64,000 bases of DNA from an uncultured delta proteobacterium (GTDB lineage Bacteria; Desulfobacterota; Binatia; Binatales; Binataceae), in NCBI GenBank assembly GCA_963724765.1, contig CAVRVY010000003.1, positions 192,001-256,000 of the forward strand. The letters are read 5' to 3'. Position numbers and translations under genes: made by a program. Under the pieces are notes generated by a model that made no database searches, was not told the origin of the DNA, and saw only the letters and a list, made by a program, of their open reading frames with translations. Position 1 is the stretch's first letter. Each line of letters opens with the position of its first letter. Shown here piece by piece: positions 1-9,967 of the stretch.

Positions 1-58
1 TCGCGGCTGATTCTCTCGCGCGGCGGATATCTCTAAAAAATAGCCGACTAGCGCATTT

Positions 59-883
59 ATGAAAGTTCTATCGCACACCTTGGCAGGCACGGCCGACATA
101 TCGCCGAACGGTTCAAATCAACCGGTCGAGCATTCTCGCCTGAAGATGAACATTGTGGATCTGAACTTTTACTACGGAAAGTCGAAAGCACTTCACAATA
201 TCAACCTCCAAGTCAGGGCCAACCACATCACCGCTCTCATCGGTCCGTCCGGCTGCGGCAAATCCACTTTCATTCGTACCTTGAACCGGATGTACGAACT
301 TGTACGTCATACTCGCGTCGAGGGCGAAGTGACCCTCGATGACGAAAGCATTTTCGCCATGGACGTTTCAGACTTAAGACAACGAGTTGGGATGGTGTTC
401 CAGAAAACCAATCCGTTCCCGAAATCCATCTTCGAGAATGTTGCCTACGGGCTGCGAGTTAAGGGTCACCAACAAAAGAGCGTTTTGGCGGATGCTGTCG
501 AACATAGTCTGAAAAGGGCGTCGCTGTGGAAAGAAGTCCAAGACAAGCTGCAGGAGTCGGCTCTGTCGCTCTCAGGCGGTCAGCAACAACGCCTATGTAT
601 TGCTCGGGCGCTCGCGGTCAACCCTGAAGTATTACTACTGGATGAGCCGTGTTCCGCGCTGGACCCGATCTCGACGGCAAAGATAGAGGCGTTGCTGATG
701 GAACTTAAGCAATCCTGCACAATTGTGATTGTAACGCACAATATGCAGCAGGCTTCAAGAGTCTCGGATTATACGGGATATTTTTTACTCGGAGAGCTTC
801 TTGAGTTCGACAGGACTCCAACGATATTTCAGAAGCCGTCTCGTAGGGAGACAGAAGATTACATAACAGGGCGCTTCGGATAA
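59..883 (+). CDS. pstB: phosphate ABC transporter ATP-binding protein
   Basis: Walker [31 protein letters not shown], signature [14 protein letters not shown]-terminal [10 protein letters not shown]. The start could be the later ATG at 146. Confidence 0.95.
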   Translation: MKVLSHTLAGTADISPNGSNQPVEHSRLKMNIVDLNFYYGKSKALHNINLQVRANHITALIGPSGCGKSTFIRTLNRMYELVRHTRVEGEVTLDDESIFAMDVSDLRQRVGMVFQKTNPFPKSIFENVAYGLRVKGHQQKSVLADAVEHSLKRASLWKEVQDKLQESALSLSGGQQQRLCIARALAVNPEVLLLDEPCSALDPISTAKIEALLMELKQSCTIVIVTHNMQQASRVSDYTGYFLLGELLEFDRTPTIFQKPSRRETEDYITGRFG

Positions 884-1035
884 GCTCGGATCGTTCAACG
901 AGTCTAACGAAGGACGATCCAGCGCACGGAATGTGACTACAGGCACGTCTAGCTGTCTCGTTCCAATATGATTTGTCCAACTTTTTTCCAAACGTGCCAA
1001 ACAGGAAAACCTAATTTCGGCAGCGGAGTGAAACG

Positions 1036-1721
1036 ATGTCACACCTAAGAAAGATCCGTACAATTCTATTCGTAATCCCTGTCATTGTGACGTCTTCTGC
1101 TCGCTCTTCTGTCTCGATCAATGGCGCCGGACTGACGCTGTCAAAGACCAACTCGGCGCGATTGGGTATGTTGAGCTGAGTTACGCGATCGCGAAAGACC
1201 TTGCTTATGCGCTACTACTGAACCGCGCCGGCACCTGGGTCGACGCCAACCCGCAAACGATTAGCGCCGCCGCCGCGAGTATCGCGGATCAGATGCCGGG
1301 CGACCTCCAACAATCAATAACCCACGCACCTGCTCCATCCGCCTACCCGATTAGTTCCTACAGCTATCTGCTCCTCTTCAAACAGCAGAGCGATTCCACG
1401 AAGACCGACTCTTTCCGCAAATTTGTGAACTGGATCCTCCATGATGGCCAGGCGTACGCTGCGCCCCAACATTATGCGCCGCTGCCGGAAAAGGTTGTGG
1501 ATCGAGCGGAGCTTCAACTAAAGCAGATCGAGGTCGTGACCGGAGCCGGAGTAGCCGCCGCCTCGTGCAGGCAAAGCTTGGGTTTGGCCAAACCCAACAC
1601 CCATCTAGGACGTAGCTGGTTCCTTGTCCTCAGACTGACGATTCAGTCACCAACTTTAACCGCAAACGACCTCGCTGCGCTTGATCTTCTGTTCATTTCT
1701 ATGATACCAGAAATATCGTAA
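1036..1721 (+). pseudogene. pstS: phosphate-binding protein PstS with internal deletion and frameshift
   Basis: ATG 1036 reads a signal-like N-terminus ending SINGAG. The sequence then changes frame into TDAVKDQLGAIGYVELSY...AYPISSYSYLLL...HYAPLP (PstS C-terminal half); the central part is missing. Confidence 0.85.
1695..1714. promoter_or_regulatory. inverted repeat ATTTCT-N8-AGAAAT, candidate ArsR operator
   Basis: Palindrome directly upstream of the arsR start. ArsR repressors typically bind such repeats at their own promoter. Confidence 0.5.
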
Positions 1722-2140
1722 TGAAGCGGCGCGTCGAACAGTTCAGTGCCTTGGGGCAAGAGGACCGGTTGGAAATCTTCCGGCTATTGGTCCGCGCGGG
1801 ACCGGAAGGCAATTGCGTAGACAACATCAAGCGGCGGCTTAGGATGCCGGGCTCCACCCTTTCCCATCATCTCGACGCGCTGACGCGCTCTGGTTTGATC
1901 ACGGCACGGCGCTCCGGTCGCTTCATCTTCTACGCCGTGAACTGGCGGGAAACCGCGAACCTGATTCGGTTTCTGACCGAGGATTGCTGTGCCGAAATGC
2001 ATACCAAGTTCGCGGCATCTGGTGAGCCGCCAGCTCCCCAAATTCCTGACACGCGCAGAGACGGGTGCTGTGCCGAAGTACAACCGGCGGTTCCTCGCAT
2101 CGTTCGAAGGGCCGCGGTTCTGAAAGCTGAGGAAACCTGA
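1721..2140 (+). CDS. arsR: ArsR/SmtB family transcriptional repressor
   Basis: ALGQEDRLEIFRLL, STLSHHL HTH, GRFIFY, LTEDCC vicinal cysteines; upstream of arsI and arsM. Confidence 0.9.
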   Translation: MKRRVEQFSALGQEDRLEIFRLLVRAGPEGNCVDNIKRRLRMPGSTLSHHLDALTRSGLITARRSGRFIFYAVNWRETANLIRFLTEDCCAEMHTKFAASGEPPAPQIPDTRRDGCCAEVQPAVPRIVRRAAVLKAEET

Positions 2141-2291
2141 AAAATGGCGGGCCGAGCTTGTGCATATCCGACAAATGCGAGAGCGCTGCTCAGACAAGAA
2201 GCGGAGCGCTCCTGACGAGCGGCCTTTTTCGTCTTTCTACGTCTACAGAACTGAACGATGCATCGAGAAATTTCAGAGGGAGTAAAAGAGC

Positions 2292-2822
2292 ATGAAGCGC
2301 TTCCACGTACATGTAGCGGTTGAGAACCTCAGCGATAGCGTAAGGTTCTACTCGGACTTGTTCGGCATGAAGCCAACGGTCGAACGGCCAGACTATGCCA
2401 AGTGGATGCTCGAGGACCCGCGTCTGAATTTTGCGATTTCGTCGCGGGGCCACAAACCCGGCGTGAACCATTTGGGATTCCAGGCCGATGATCCGGCGGA
2501 ACTGGCGGAGCTAGGCGCGCGAGCCGATCGTGCTTCTGGATCGGCGGTTCTGAAAGAGACCGAAGTCGAATGTTGCTATACCAAGGGTAACAAGTACTGG
2601 GTGATCGACCCTCAAGGCCTGGCGTGGGAGCACTTTCAGACGCTGGGCGAAGTGCCAATCTTTGGTGAAGACACGAGGATGAATCAAGACGAAGGGGAAG
2701 CGTGCTGCATCCCGCTTCATAGTGGCAAAAGCTCCGCTGCTGAGGAGTCAAAAGGGGCGTGCTGCGTGGCCGCAGCTTCGCAGGATACGGTTCAGGCACG
2801 CAAGGCGGGAGCATGTTGCTGA
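2292..2822 (+). CDS. arsI: ArsI/CadI family VOC (glyoxalase-like) protein, probable C-As lyase
   Basis: MKRFHVHVAV, YAKWMLEDPRLNFAIS, NHLGFQ, ECCY, KYWVIDPQGLAWEHF; Cys-Cys-rich tail. Confidence 0.85.
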   Translation: MKRFHVHVAVENLSDSVRFYSDLFGMKPTVERPDYAKWMLEDPRLNFAISSRGHKPGVNHLGFQADDPAELAELGARADRASGSAVLKETEVECCYTKGNKYWVIDPQGLAWEHFQTLGEVPIFGEDTRMNQDEGEACCIPLHSGKSSAAEESKGACCVAAASQDTVQARKAGACC

Positions 2823-2901
2823 TCAGCAATGATCAGAAGCAGAGCGTTTGATCGACATGGACCGCAGGATCTAATCCTCAATCGAAATGGAGAGAGATGC
2901 G

Positions 2902-3723
2902 ATGAGCAACAACGAATCGATCAAGGAGGCAGTCCGCGAGAACTATGCGCGCGCGGCGCTGCGGGTCGTCAATAACGAAAGTACTTCATGCAGCGGGACG
3001 GCGGCTCCCGCGGGAAATCCGATCACCTCGAATTTGTACGCTGACGGCGAAACCGGGTCTCTTCCGAAGGAAGCGATCGCGGCGTCATTGGGATGCGGCA
3101 ATCCAACTGCGCTAGCCGAGCTTAGGCCGGGCGAGACAGTGCTCGACCTCGGCTCCGGCGGTGGCATCGACGTATTGCTCTCCGCGCGCCGCGTGGGGCC
3201 GGCAGGCAAAGCTTACGGTCTCGACATGACCGACGAGATGCTTGCCCTGGCGCGCGAGAACCAGCGCAAGGCGGGGGCGCAAAACGTCGAGTTTCTGAAG
3301 GGCGAGATCGAAAACATCCCGTTGCCCGACAACTCAGTCGACGTGATCATCTCGAATTGCGTGATCAACCTTTCGGGCGACAAAGACCGCGTGCTGACGG
3401 AGGCGTTCCGCGTGTTGCGCCCGGGAGGCCGCTTCGCAGTCTCGGACGTGGTGGTGCGTGGCGAGGTCCCGGCCCAGATCCGTCGCAACGTTGAGTTATG
3501 GATCGGATGCGTCGCCGGGGCGCTGGAGGAATCCGAGTATCGGGCGAAATTGAGCGGCGCTGGATTCGCGGAGGTCGAGGTCGAGCCGACCCGCATCTAC
3601 CGCGCGGAGGACGCGAAGGAGTTTTTCGCCCAAGCGAATCTCGACATCGAAAAAATCGCGCCGCTGGTCGAGGGCAAGTTCATGAGCGCCTTCGTCCGCG
3701 CGCGCAAACCAATCGACGATTAA
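2902..3723 (+). CDS. arsM: arsenite S-adenosylmethionine methyltransferase
   Basis: SLGCGNP, VLDLGSGGGID SAM motif, IISNCVINLS, LWIGCVAGAL conserved cysteines. Confidence 0.93.
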   Translation: MSNNESIKEAVRENYARAALRVVNNESTSCSGTAAPAGNPITSNLYADGETGSLPKEAIAASLGCGNPTALAELRPGETVLDLGSGGGIDVLLSARRVGPAGKAYGLDMTDEMLALARENQRKAGAQNVEFLKGEIENIPLPDNSVDVIISNCVINLSGDKDRVLTEAFRVLRPGGRFAVSDVVVRGEVPAQIRRNVELWIGCVAGALEESEYRAKLSGAGFAEVEVEPTRIYRAEDAKEFFAQANLDIEKIAPLVEGKFMSAFVRARKPIDD

Positions 3724-4450
3724 CGAATCGAACGCCACGGGCATCCGAGGGCCGCAGACTGACAGGAGACAGGGCGCGACAGCCTCACCCGCCAACGGAA
3801 TTTCCAATGATATACCAATTTCGGTCGGCTTCAGCTGTACGCGTTAGATTAAACCCGATTGTGCTGAACCGAGTTCGTTGGCCAAGCCCAGGCGGCGGCA
3901 CCGGATCGCCGCGGCGTGCAGAACGGACGGCATTGGGTGGGCAGGCAAATCGAGCTCGGTTATGGCCGCGATCACTCCGCTGCGACCACTCAGAATCCGC
4001 ACGGCCGCCCGTGCTACGGCCGCGCGCCAGTTCGAACGCCGGCAAATGGCAGCCCCCGACTGCCGCTCTTCGGTTCCACCAGTCAGATATCTTGAGACGT
4101 AATAGCGATAGCGGCGTTCGCCTTTGACCGCGTTACTCGGCGTCAGACCTGACCGCGCTCGTCGAACAGCTTCCCGATGAGCGCGCTCGACTCGACCCCA
4201 CGGCTTCGACTCTCATGACGAAGGGCCTTTCCGGCCAGCTTCGCACGGGTCTGGAGCTCTCGAATTTCGAACGTCGAAATAGCCTTGTGCGAATTCCGCG
4301 AATCATTACTTTGTTACTTTGCTCCCTTTTTGCTCGGCTGAGACCGTAAACCCGAGCGCGCCCCATAACTCTCTTCGGCGGTGGTCAGGAGTAAGGAAAT
4401 GGGTGTTTAAACGATATATCAGAGGGTTTCGGATTTGATGACCGAGAGCG

Positions 4451-4477
4451 GTAACCTTTTCCTACGGCGCATCGTCT
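4451..4477 (+). promoter_or_regulatory. ECF-type promoter GTAACC-N16-CGTCT (probable autoregulation)
   Basis: Matches the AAC/CGT ECF promoter pattern with a 16-nt spacer, 20 nt upstream of the sigma gene and its GGAGG RBS. Confidence 0.6.
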
Positions 4478-4496
4478 CTACCAAGGGAGGATTGTT

Positions 4497-5081
4497 ATGC
4501 CGGTAGCCTCGGATATCTCCGCCCTTTACGAGCGGTTTGGCAGTCGAATCTACAGCTATCTGCGTCGTCTCACCCAAAATGCCGAACTGGCTGAGGATCT
4601 CACCCAAGGTACCTTTCTCCGAGCGGTGGAAAGTTTCCAATCTTTCCGTGGTGAAGGAGAGGTCTCGAATTGGCTCTACCGCATTGCAACCAACCTCTTC
4701 CGCGATTACCTCCGTGCTCGCAAAGGCAGGGAACAGGACGCTTGGGACGAAGAAATGCCGGATATTTCTCAGGTACCGGCCACTGACCCTCCTGTCACGC
4801 AGTTTCTAGAACGTAAGGAGGTCACACAGTGCGTTCGTGACTGTATCGCCGCACTGCCAGCACCATATCGCGCCGCGCTTCTACTTTATGCGATTGAAGG
4901 CAAAACCGTCGAAGAGAGCGCTGCCATCCTGGGCTGCAGCAAGGAGGCGGTCAAAGTCCGTCTCCATCGCGGGCGCCATCTATTCAAATCGCTCGCCACT
5001 GAGCGATGTGAGGTTTCGGTTGAACCCCGTGGAGGCGTTACCTGCCTGCCGAAGGAATCGCGCAAGGAGTCCCCGTCATGA
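4497..5081 (+). CDS. ECF RNA polymerase sigma factor with short Cys-containing C-terminal extension
   Basis: Region 2 AEDLTQGTFLRA/NWLYRIATNLFRD, region 4 VKVRLHRGR; tail RCEVSVEPRGGVTC. Confidence 0.92.
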   Translation: MPVASDISALYERFGSRIYSYLRRLTQNAELAEDLTQGTFLRAVESFQSFRGEGEVSNWLYRIATNLFRDYLRARKGREQDAWDEEMPDISQVPATDPPVTQFLERKEVTQCVRDCIAALPAPYRAALLLYAIEGKTVEESAAILGCSKEAVKVRLHRGRHLFKSLATERCEVSVEPRGGVTCLPKESRKESPS

Positions 5082-5317
5082 ATTGTCAGGAATTTCTCGA
5101 ATCGATGTTTGAGTTCTGCCGCGGAGAAGGGAAGCCCGAGGAAAGGACACTTAGTCAGGCTCATTTGACAAGTTGCGCTCGCTGCACGCAGGAGTTGGCG
5201 GAAACCGAGACATGCTTTTCCATGATGAAATCCTGCTGTGGCGCGGAGAAGATTCCTGAAGACCTGGAACTGAAACTCAAGGAACTGATGGCGAGCTGCT
5301 GCGGCAGCCGGAAGTAG
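5078..5317 (+). CDS. zf-HC2 anti-sigma factor, cysteine-rich
   Basis: NC...HLTSCARC (HxxxCxxC), ATGA overlap with the sigma gene, two extra SCCG motifs. Confidence 0.85.
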   Translation: MNCQEFLESMFEFCRGEGKPEERTLSQAHLTSCARCTQELAETETCFSMMKSCCGAEKIPEDLELKLKELMASCCGSRK

Positions 5318-5328
5318 GAAAGAGCAAC

Positions 5329-5502
5329 ATGTGCCTGATTGGATACGGATGGCTCCCGCTACTCGGTCTTTTGCTGATGGCCGGGATGATATTGCTGTGC
5401 GTACGGAGATGTCGCTGCTGTATGGTTAGACACAATGAGCGTCACAGCAAGCCGGTAACCATTGCCACTGAGAGGCCGTCTGTACAAGGTGAGCGCCCTT
5501 AG
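5329..5502 (+). CDS. small (57 aa) single-TM cysteine-rich protein, absent from the ORF track
   Basis: MCLIGYGWLPLLGLLLMAGMILLCVRRCRCCMVRH...; AGGA RBS; 11 nt after the anti-sigma stop. Confidence 0.55.
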   Translation: MCLIGYGWLPLLGLLLMAGMILLCVRRCRCCMVRHNERHSKPVTIATERPSVQGERP

Positions 5503-5535
5503 AGGCGTACTACCTTTCACCAGGAGCAGAAGCGA

Positions 5536-5613
5536 ATGGAAACACGGCTCTCGCAGAAAGAAAAAGAACTCGTCGTAGTGGGCGCCTCGGTCGCTGCGGG
5601 CTGTATTCCCTGT
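5536..5613 (+). pseudogene. carboxymuconolactone decarboxylase (CMD/AhpD-like) protein, truncated by IS
   Basis: AGGAG RBS; METRLSQKEKELVVVGASVAAGCIPC is cut exactly at an IS terminus. Confidence 0.7.
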
Positions 5614-6711
5614 TGTGCCTCCCAAAAACCTTATCCCGGATGACGCGCGGGTAAGCGTATGGTAATGAAGCGGCCGATGGTGGCGTTTCTGAGCCAGCTG
5701 CTGCTTGCTATCCGGTCGCGGTTCACGGGGCGCGCGCGGCTTGAGGCCGAGAATCTCCTCCTGCGCCAACAACTGGTAGTTCTGCGGCGCAAGTTCCCGA
5801 CGCGCGTGAGACTGTGGAACATCGATCGCTTGCTGTTGGTATGGCTGTATCGACTGTACCCGTCGCTCCTGGACGCGATCACCATCGTCCAGCCGGAGAC
5901 CGTGATCCGCTGGCACCGACGCGGTTTCCGCGCCTATTGGCGCTGGAAGTCCCGCCACGTCGGCGGCCGTCCAAGGATCGATTGCGAGATGCGAGCGCTG
6001 ATCCGGCGGGGATGAGCCGCGAGAACCCGCTGTGGGGCGCACCGCGGATCCACGGCGAATTGTTGATGCTTGGAATCGAGGTCGCTGAATCAACCGTCGG
6101 CAGGTATATGGTCTGGCGCCGCCGACCACCGTCCCAAGGTTGGAAGACTTTCCTGCGCAATCACGTTGGCGGCATCGCTTCGCTGGATCTGTTCGTCGTA
6201 CCCACGTCTCGTTCAAGCTGCTGTACGGCTTGGTGATCCTGCGTCACGCCCGCAGGCGACTAGTCGCGATCAGCGTCACTACCAATCCGACTGCCGAGTG
6301 GATCGCTGGACAGGTGACTGACGCTTTCCCCTGGGACGAAGCGCCGCGTCACCTGATTCGCGACCGCGACGGGGGCCTTCGGCCCAGCCTACACCCATCG
6401 CATTCGGGCAATGGGGATCCGCGATCATCCGACCGCGCCGCGTTCACCGTGGCAGAACGGCCACGTCGAGCGCCTCATCGGCTCGATCCGGCGCGAAAGC
6501 CTCGATCACTTGGTCGTGTTCGACGAAGCGCAGTTGCGTCGCGTTCTGAAGAATTACGTTTCTTATTACAATCGGGTCCGAACGCATCTCTCATTGGACA
6601 AGAATGCGCCGGATTTTCGACGCCCACAGAAGCTCGGCCCCATCGCAGCCATCTCAATTCTGGGTGGGCTGCACCACCAATATGTAAGGGTTTAGGTTTT
6701 GACTAAGCACA
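5614..6711 (+). mobile_element. IS481-like (integrase-core/rve) element, transposase frameshifted
   Basis: Ends TGTGCCTCCCAAAAACC and GGTTTTGACTAAGCACA; fragments ENPLWGAPRIHGEL, IRDRD, SPWQNGHVERLIGSIRRE, GGLHHQY. Confidence 0.88.
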
Positions 6712-7740
6712 ACCGTCCGGGAAAGGGCTGTATGGTGGCTACTCCTACTGATTTTTGTTGGCTGGAGGATTTTCGCACAAAGTAACGCTGCCGATGATCG
6801 AAACTTTTCGTTCATTGACGTATGAATTCGAGCCAAAGCGCTCCGATGTTATCTTCGAATGCATATTCTATTGGGATGTTTTTTTCGACGATGTTTGTCG
6901 CGGGTCTCGCTGGATTAGTTCACAGCTAAATCCTGTGCCGTGCCTAGTCAAAACCTAGACCCGGACGTATTGATGATGAATTCCGCCGGGACTGGTATCG
7001 CTGCTCTTTATCCAAGATAAGTCCGGACTTCATTGTAATACGAGGCGCACACCTTTAGAACGTCGTGCAAGTGCGCCTAGCCGAACACGATTAGGTAGTC
7101 GAGAGATTCGCGACAGATCGATCCGGTGAGCCGCCGGTCAGCGTGGCCATTCGGAGCAGAAAGACCATTGAGTTGCAAACACGAAGGCAACGGTTCTTGA
7201 TGGCGATTGCCGTATTCCACATTCGTGCAGTGGGGATCCGAGATCACCCTCTCGCCCCACGCTCACGGAGTCAGATTCAGGATTTAAAAAGGTGCCCGGC
7301 GGTTCAAGGAGACCGCTAGATGACCGTCGCCGGGCCACTCATGCGATACGAAGTCCGCCGCATCACGCTTGGGCGTCGCCCTGTTTGCGACCGCGCGCGA
7401 TTCGAGACAGGTCGCGTTGGTCCAAAGTCGCACCGATTTTCATCACCGCGGTCCACGATCAGGCTGACACCTCGAACTCATCCGCGCCTTTGCGAGCCGT
7501 CCGGACCACCCTTTGCGTCTCCGTGCGCCCGGATTATTAATAGATTTTTGAGAAGCGACAGGCGGCGAAGGCTCTTTGGACGCCACGCAGGACGCCGTAA
7601 ACTGAACCCTGGCCGCGCCCTTGAAAAGACGCACAACTTGGCCTAAACCGTCAAGCAACCGTGAGGCAAAACGGAAATTCCGGCCACAACCCGTTAGCAG
7701 GCATTGTCCTTAAGAACATACTTTCATTTTGGGGGCATGA

Positions 7741-8265
7741 ATGAACTGGGCAACAGGAAAGAGATTTTTTCTGATTCGGCTGCTGGTTTTGCCCCTCCTG
7801 ATTAACGCGATGCTGACGTCTTGTGCACCGACCCACGACAATATCGCGGACCAAATGTTGGTAGACACTCAAAAGCAGGCGGATGATGGCTTGCTAAAGC
7901 TTGAAAATCTCGGAGACGAAATCGATCGCCTCAAGAAGAGTGGTAACGCAGCCGACCAGAAAGTAGTAGCTGACGCCGAGGCTCAGGCCAGCTATGCATC
8001 CAATATAGACTTCTACAGCAAACTTCAGTCGTCGATGACAGTGCTTGACGCGCGAATGACTTCTAGCCCAGATCTTTCCACGCAGAAGATCACTACCTCA
8101 CTTGGAGACCTGGAAAAGAACATCGATTCCGCGCGTCAGGTTCATGCAAGCCAAAATACGTTGGGACCGGATTTCGCAAAGCAAATGAGGCAAACGTTGG
8201 ACCAACAGTTCAAGGTGCTGACGGTCTATGAGCTGACGATTAAAAATGGCAGTAAGCCGCAGTGA
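7741..8265 (+). CDS. predicted lipoprotein, helical, unknown function
   Basis: Basic N-terminus, hydrophobic stretch, lipobox LTSC; GTGA overlap with the next ORF. Confidence 0.7.
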   Translation: MNWATGKRFFLIRLLVLPLLINAMLTSCAPTHDNIADQMLVDTQKQADDGLLKLENLGDEIDRLKKSGNAADQKVVADAEAQASYASNIDFYSKLQSSMTVLDARMTSSPDLSTQKITTSLGDLEKNIDSARQVHASQNTLGPDFAKQMRQTLDQQFKVLTVYELTIKNGSKPQ

Positions 8266-8282
8266 CCTTGGCTGAGGGGGCG

Positions 8283-8618
8283 ATGAACATGGCCATCGAT
8301 TGGACGCAAGTGGGCAAGGACGTTGAAGCGGCGGTCATTAATGTTCTAAAAGGCTCTTGGAGTACTGTCTCGACTGCCGCCGGCCCTCAAATTCAGGCAA
8401 TGATCAGTATCGGGCAGAGTATCGAGCAAAGTAATAATCAAGGTCGGCTGACTCCTTTAGAGTACAGCACGCTGCGCTCGGCGCAGAAGAACGCGCTAGA
8501 AGGAATACTGTGCGGTTATGAGGCCATTGGTATAGTTGTTGCGGAACAGGCAGCGGACGCGGCCTGGAACGTTATTTCTCAAACGCTGATAAAAGGGGCA
8601 GGCATCGCATTTGCTTAA
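8283..8618 (+). CDS. hypothetical amphipathic helical protein
   Basis: GAGGGG RBS, directly follows the lipoprotein; Ala-rich amphipathic helices, hydrophobic C-terminus. Confidence 0.7.
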   Translation: MNMAIDWTQVGKDVEAAVINVLKGSWSTVSTAAGPQIQAMISIGQSIEQSNNQGRLTPLEYSTLRSAQKNALEGILCGYEAIGIVVAEQAADAAWNVISQTLIKGAGIAFA

Positions 8619-8639
8619 TACCTGACCCGAAAAACGTCG

Positions 8640-8810
8640 ACCTGTTCTCGGACGGTCTCTTAGGCGGTCGTTGAGCTGCGTGGTAGAGATGTCAGCGTGG
8701 CCCAACCATTCCTGACCTTCGCCATGTCAGGCTCATGCGAGAGGGTATTGATCGCTGCGGTGGCGCGGAGCGAATGCACGCAAAGACCGTTCGCTTCGGC
8801 GCTGATACCG
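8640..8810 (-). pseudogene. tyrosine recombinase C-terminal fragment
   Basis: VHSLRATAA (HxxR) and, in another frame, GHADISTT. Confidence 0.75.
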
Positions 8811-8960
8811 CCTTCCGGAGGATACAGATTGCGGCGAAGCTTTTGACCTGAGCGTCTGAGTGATGAGATGTGACGATGTGTTAAGAAACCGAGCAGAGTC
8901 GGATCAGCTATTTGTGTATAATCAGGCAACAGCGGTCAACGACTCAATAGGAGACCTCGA

Positions 8961-9902
8961 GTGGCCAACTTTCGAATACTTTCTTTCGACGGTGGTGGAA
9001 TCCGGGGAGTGCTGACCGCGGTTCTGCTCAATCGAGTATTAACCGAGTATCCGACGTTGTTGCAAGATCGACCCAACACGATCACGATGTTCGCCGGCAC
9101 CTCGACCGGCGGGATCTTGGCTCTCGGTATGGCTGCTGGGCTCAGCCCTACGCAGATCCGCGATCTCTATGTTACGAGCGGAAAGTTGATCTTTGATTCC
9201 TCGTGGGCGCGCGATGTGGTCGAGCTAGGCGGAGTCAGCGGATCGAAGTACGACAACGTGCAGCTCAAGCAAATTTTGCAACAGACTTTCGGCGCTCTGA
9301 GACTCAGGGACTTAACGCCACGCGTGCTGATCGCATCGTTCAGCTTAGACAATCAGGCGCTTGATCCGTCCGACCGTACTTGGAACCCTAAATTCTTCCA
9401 CAACTTTCCTGGCGCGGACAGCGACGGCGAATCTCTGGTGGTTGACGTCGCCATGTCCACCAGCGCCGCGCCTACGTACTTCCCTTCGTATGGCGTGTAC
9501 GTCGATGGCGGTGTGATCGCCAACAATCCGAGCATGGCGGCCGTTGCGCAGGCGCTGGATGGGCGTAATCAAGCAAACGAACGCGCCACGCTGGACGAGA
9601 TCAAGCTACTGTCGCTTGGTACGGGCACCTCGCTGCAATACATCCAGGGACAGGATCTCGATTGGGGCGACGCGCAGTGGATCAAGCCAATTCTTAACGT
9701 GATGATGGACGGCAGTGTAGGCGTAGCCGATTTCCAATGCGAGCAACTGCTTGGCAATCGTTATCGCCGTCTTGAACCCATATTTCCGGCCGGAAGGTCG
9801 TTCCCTATGGACGATGTCAGCAAGATCGTAGACTTGATGGACTTCGCACAGTCATTTGACCTGACCAGCACCATCGCGTGGCTGCAAGCCGCAGCATGGT
9901 GA
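8961..9902 (+). CDS. patatin-like phospholipase
   Basis: DGGGIRG, GTSTG nucleophile, SAAPTYF, DGG; GGAG RBS and GTG start. Confidence 0.92.
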   Translation: MANFRILSFDGGGIRGVLTAVLLNRVLTEYPTLLQDRPNTITMFAGTSTGGILALGMAAGLSPTQIRDLYVTSGKLIFDSSWARDVVELGGVSGSKYDNVQLKQILQQTFGALRLRDLTPRVLIASFSLDNQALDPSDRTWNPKFFHNFPGADSDGESLVVDVAMSTSAAPTYFPSYGVYVDGGVIANNPSMAAVAQALDGRNQANERATLDEIKLLSLGTGTSLQYIQGQDLDWGDAQWIKPILNVMMDGSVGVADFQCEQLLGNRYRRLEPIFPAGRSFPMDDVSKIVDLMDFAQSFDLTSTIAWLQAAAW

Positions 9903-9967
9903 CACGTTCACAGCGGGTTCTCGCAGCTAATCCGCCGGATCAGCGCTCGAATCTCGGAATCAATCCT

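Noticed and set aside
3724-4440. ORFs between arsM and the sigma gene, and those at 7000-7700
   Set aside because: No recognisable motifs or RBS, and the composition is Arg/Pro-rich; left uncalled.
8961-9902. Patatin as the CapV effector of a CBASS system
   Set aside because: No CD-NTase or Cap2/Cap3-like gene is recognisable in the window.
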